NCBI GenBank assembly: GCA_030840525.1
Contig: JAVEEI010000131.1
Location: 526 to 64,525, forward strand
Direction of reading: 5' to 3'
Length of the DNA stretch: 64,000 nucleotides
From: Frankiaceae bacterium
GTDB taxonomy: Bacteria > Actinomycetota > Actinomycetes > JAFAQI01
This document shows, one piece after another, positions 63,119 to 64,000 of the stretch. Made by a program: the position numbers and the translations under genes. How positions within the stretch are numbered: the stretch's first letter is position 1; each line of letters opens with the position of its first letter. The notes below the pieces were generated by a model. It saw only the letters and a program-made list of their open reading frames with translations, was not told the origin of the DNA and did no database searches.

Positions 63119-64000
63119 TCAACGGGGGGCGGGGTTGTTCTTCAGGAGGTTGCGGGCCATCACGAGGCGCTGGATCTGGTTGGTGCCTTCGTAGATCTGG
63201 GTGATCTTGGCGTCGCGCATCATCCGCTCGAGCGGGTAGTCGCGGGTGTAGCCGTAGCCGCCGAGCAGCTGCACGCCGTTGGTCGTGACCTCCATCGCGA
63301 CATCACTCGCGAAGCACTTCGCCGCCGCCGACATGAACGTGAGGTTGGGGTCCATCCGCTCCGACGCGGCGGCCGCGGTGTAGATGAGCGACCGCGCGGC
63401 CTCGGTCTTCATCGCCATGTCGGCGAGCATGAACGACACACCCTGGAACTCGGCGATCGGCTTGCCGAACTGCTTGCGCTCCTGCACGTACCGGATGCAG
63501 TAGTCGACCGCGCCCTGCGCGACGCCGAGCGCCTGCGCGCCGATCGTCAAACGAGTGTGGTCGAGCGTCGCGAGCGCGGTCTTGAAGCCGGTCCCGGGCT
63601 CGCCGATCATCCGGTCGGCTGGGATGCGGACGTTGTCGAAGTAGACCTCGCGGGTGGGCGAGCCCTTGATGCCCATCTTCTTCTCCGGCGCGCCGAACGA
63701 CACGCCCTCGTCGGACTTCTCCACGACGAACGCCGAGATGCCGCGCGCCCCGGCTTCGGGGTCGGTCACGGCCATGACGGTGTAGTACTCCGACTCGCCC
63801 GCGTTGGTGATCCAGCGCTTCACGCCGTTGAGGACGTACGCGTCGCCGTCGCGCACCGCGCGCGTCTTCATCCCGGCCGCGTCGCTGCCGGCTTCCGGCT
63901 CGGAGAGCGCGTAGCTGAACATCACCTCGCCGCGCGCGAGCGGCGGCAGGTAGCGCTGCTTGAGCTCCTCCGAGCCGGAGAGCAGCAGGCCCATCGTGCC
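63119..64000 (-). CDS. Acyl-CoA dehydrogenase, C-terminal portion (N-terminus beyond the window)
   Basis: ACAD signature segments (YALSEPEAGSDAAGMKT; the C-terminal QLLGGYGYTRDYPLERMMRDAKITQIYEGTNQIQ). Stop at 63119; no start within the window. Confidence 0.9.
   Translation of the reverse strand, partial: GTMGLLLSGSEELKQRYLPPLARGEVMFSYALSEPEAGSDAAGMKTRAVRDGDAYVLNGVKRWITNAGESEYYTVMAVTDPEAGARGISAFVVEKSDEGVSFGAPEKKMGIKGSPTREVYFDNVRIPADRMIGEPGTGFKTALATLDHTRLTIGAQALGVAQGAVDYCIRYVQERKQFGKPIAEFQGVSFMLADMAMKTEAARSLIYTAAAASERMDPNLTFMSAAAKCFASDVAMEVTTNGVQLLGGYGYTRDYPLERMMRDAKITQIYEGTNQIQRLVMARNLLKNNPAPR

Overview
This is a high-GC (about 72-73 %) actinobacterial chromosomal segment, densely coding on both strands, with many 4-nt start/stop overlaps (GTGA/ATGA). 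The gene order resembles the mycobacterial secA1 neighbourhood. It runs from a WS/DGAT lipid operon through secA, hpf, comF, lpqB-mtrB-mtrA, a MoxR cluster, ahcY, the phosphomannomutase region, a giant GT2 glycosyltransferase, whiB and fbiC/fbiA/fbiB, to manC/GT4, two giant cell-wall hydrolase genes and scoAB.

I make 59 CDS calls, including one partial hypothetical gene at the 5' edge of the window and an acyl-CoA dehydrogenase truncated at the 3' edge. I see no rRNA, no convincing tRNA, no CRISPR array and no transposase.

Features that do not fit ordinary core-genome annotation:
- a roughly 700-aa coiled-coil protein with a lysine/alanine-rich AKKA tail, wedged between fbiC and whiB;
- a tandem pair of about 900-aa secreted proteins, one a PGRP-type amidase and one SpoIID-like;
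- a 1.2-kb lower-GC islet carrying a DUF2335 gene and an unknown basic protein;
- about 3.5 copies of a 52-bp intergenic tandem repeat;
- a CpaB(SAF)/Ssd-like ATPase/HTH module with no other Tad genes nearby;
- a conserved but functionally uncharacterised MoxR/DUF58/DUF4350/DUF4129 cluster.

The ORF track marks GTG/TTG starts as M and its coordinates include stop codons. Many long ORFs in it are antisense or out-of-frame artefacts of the GC-rich sequence, and I rejected those.
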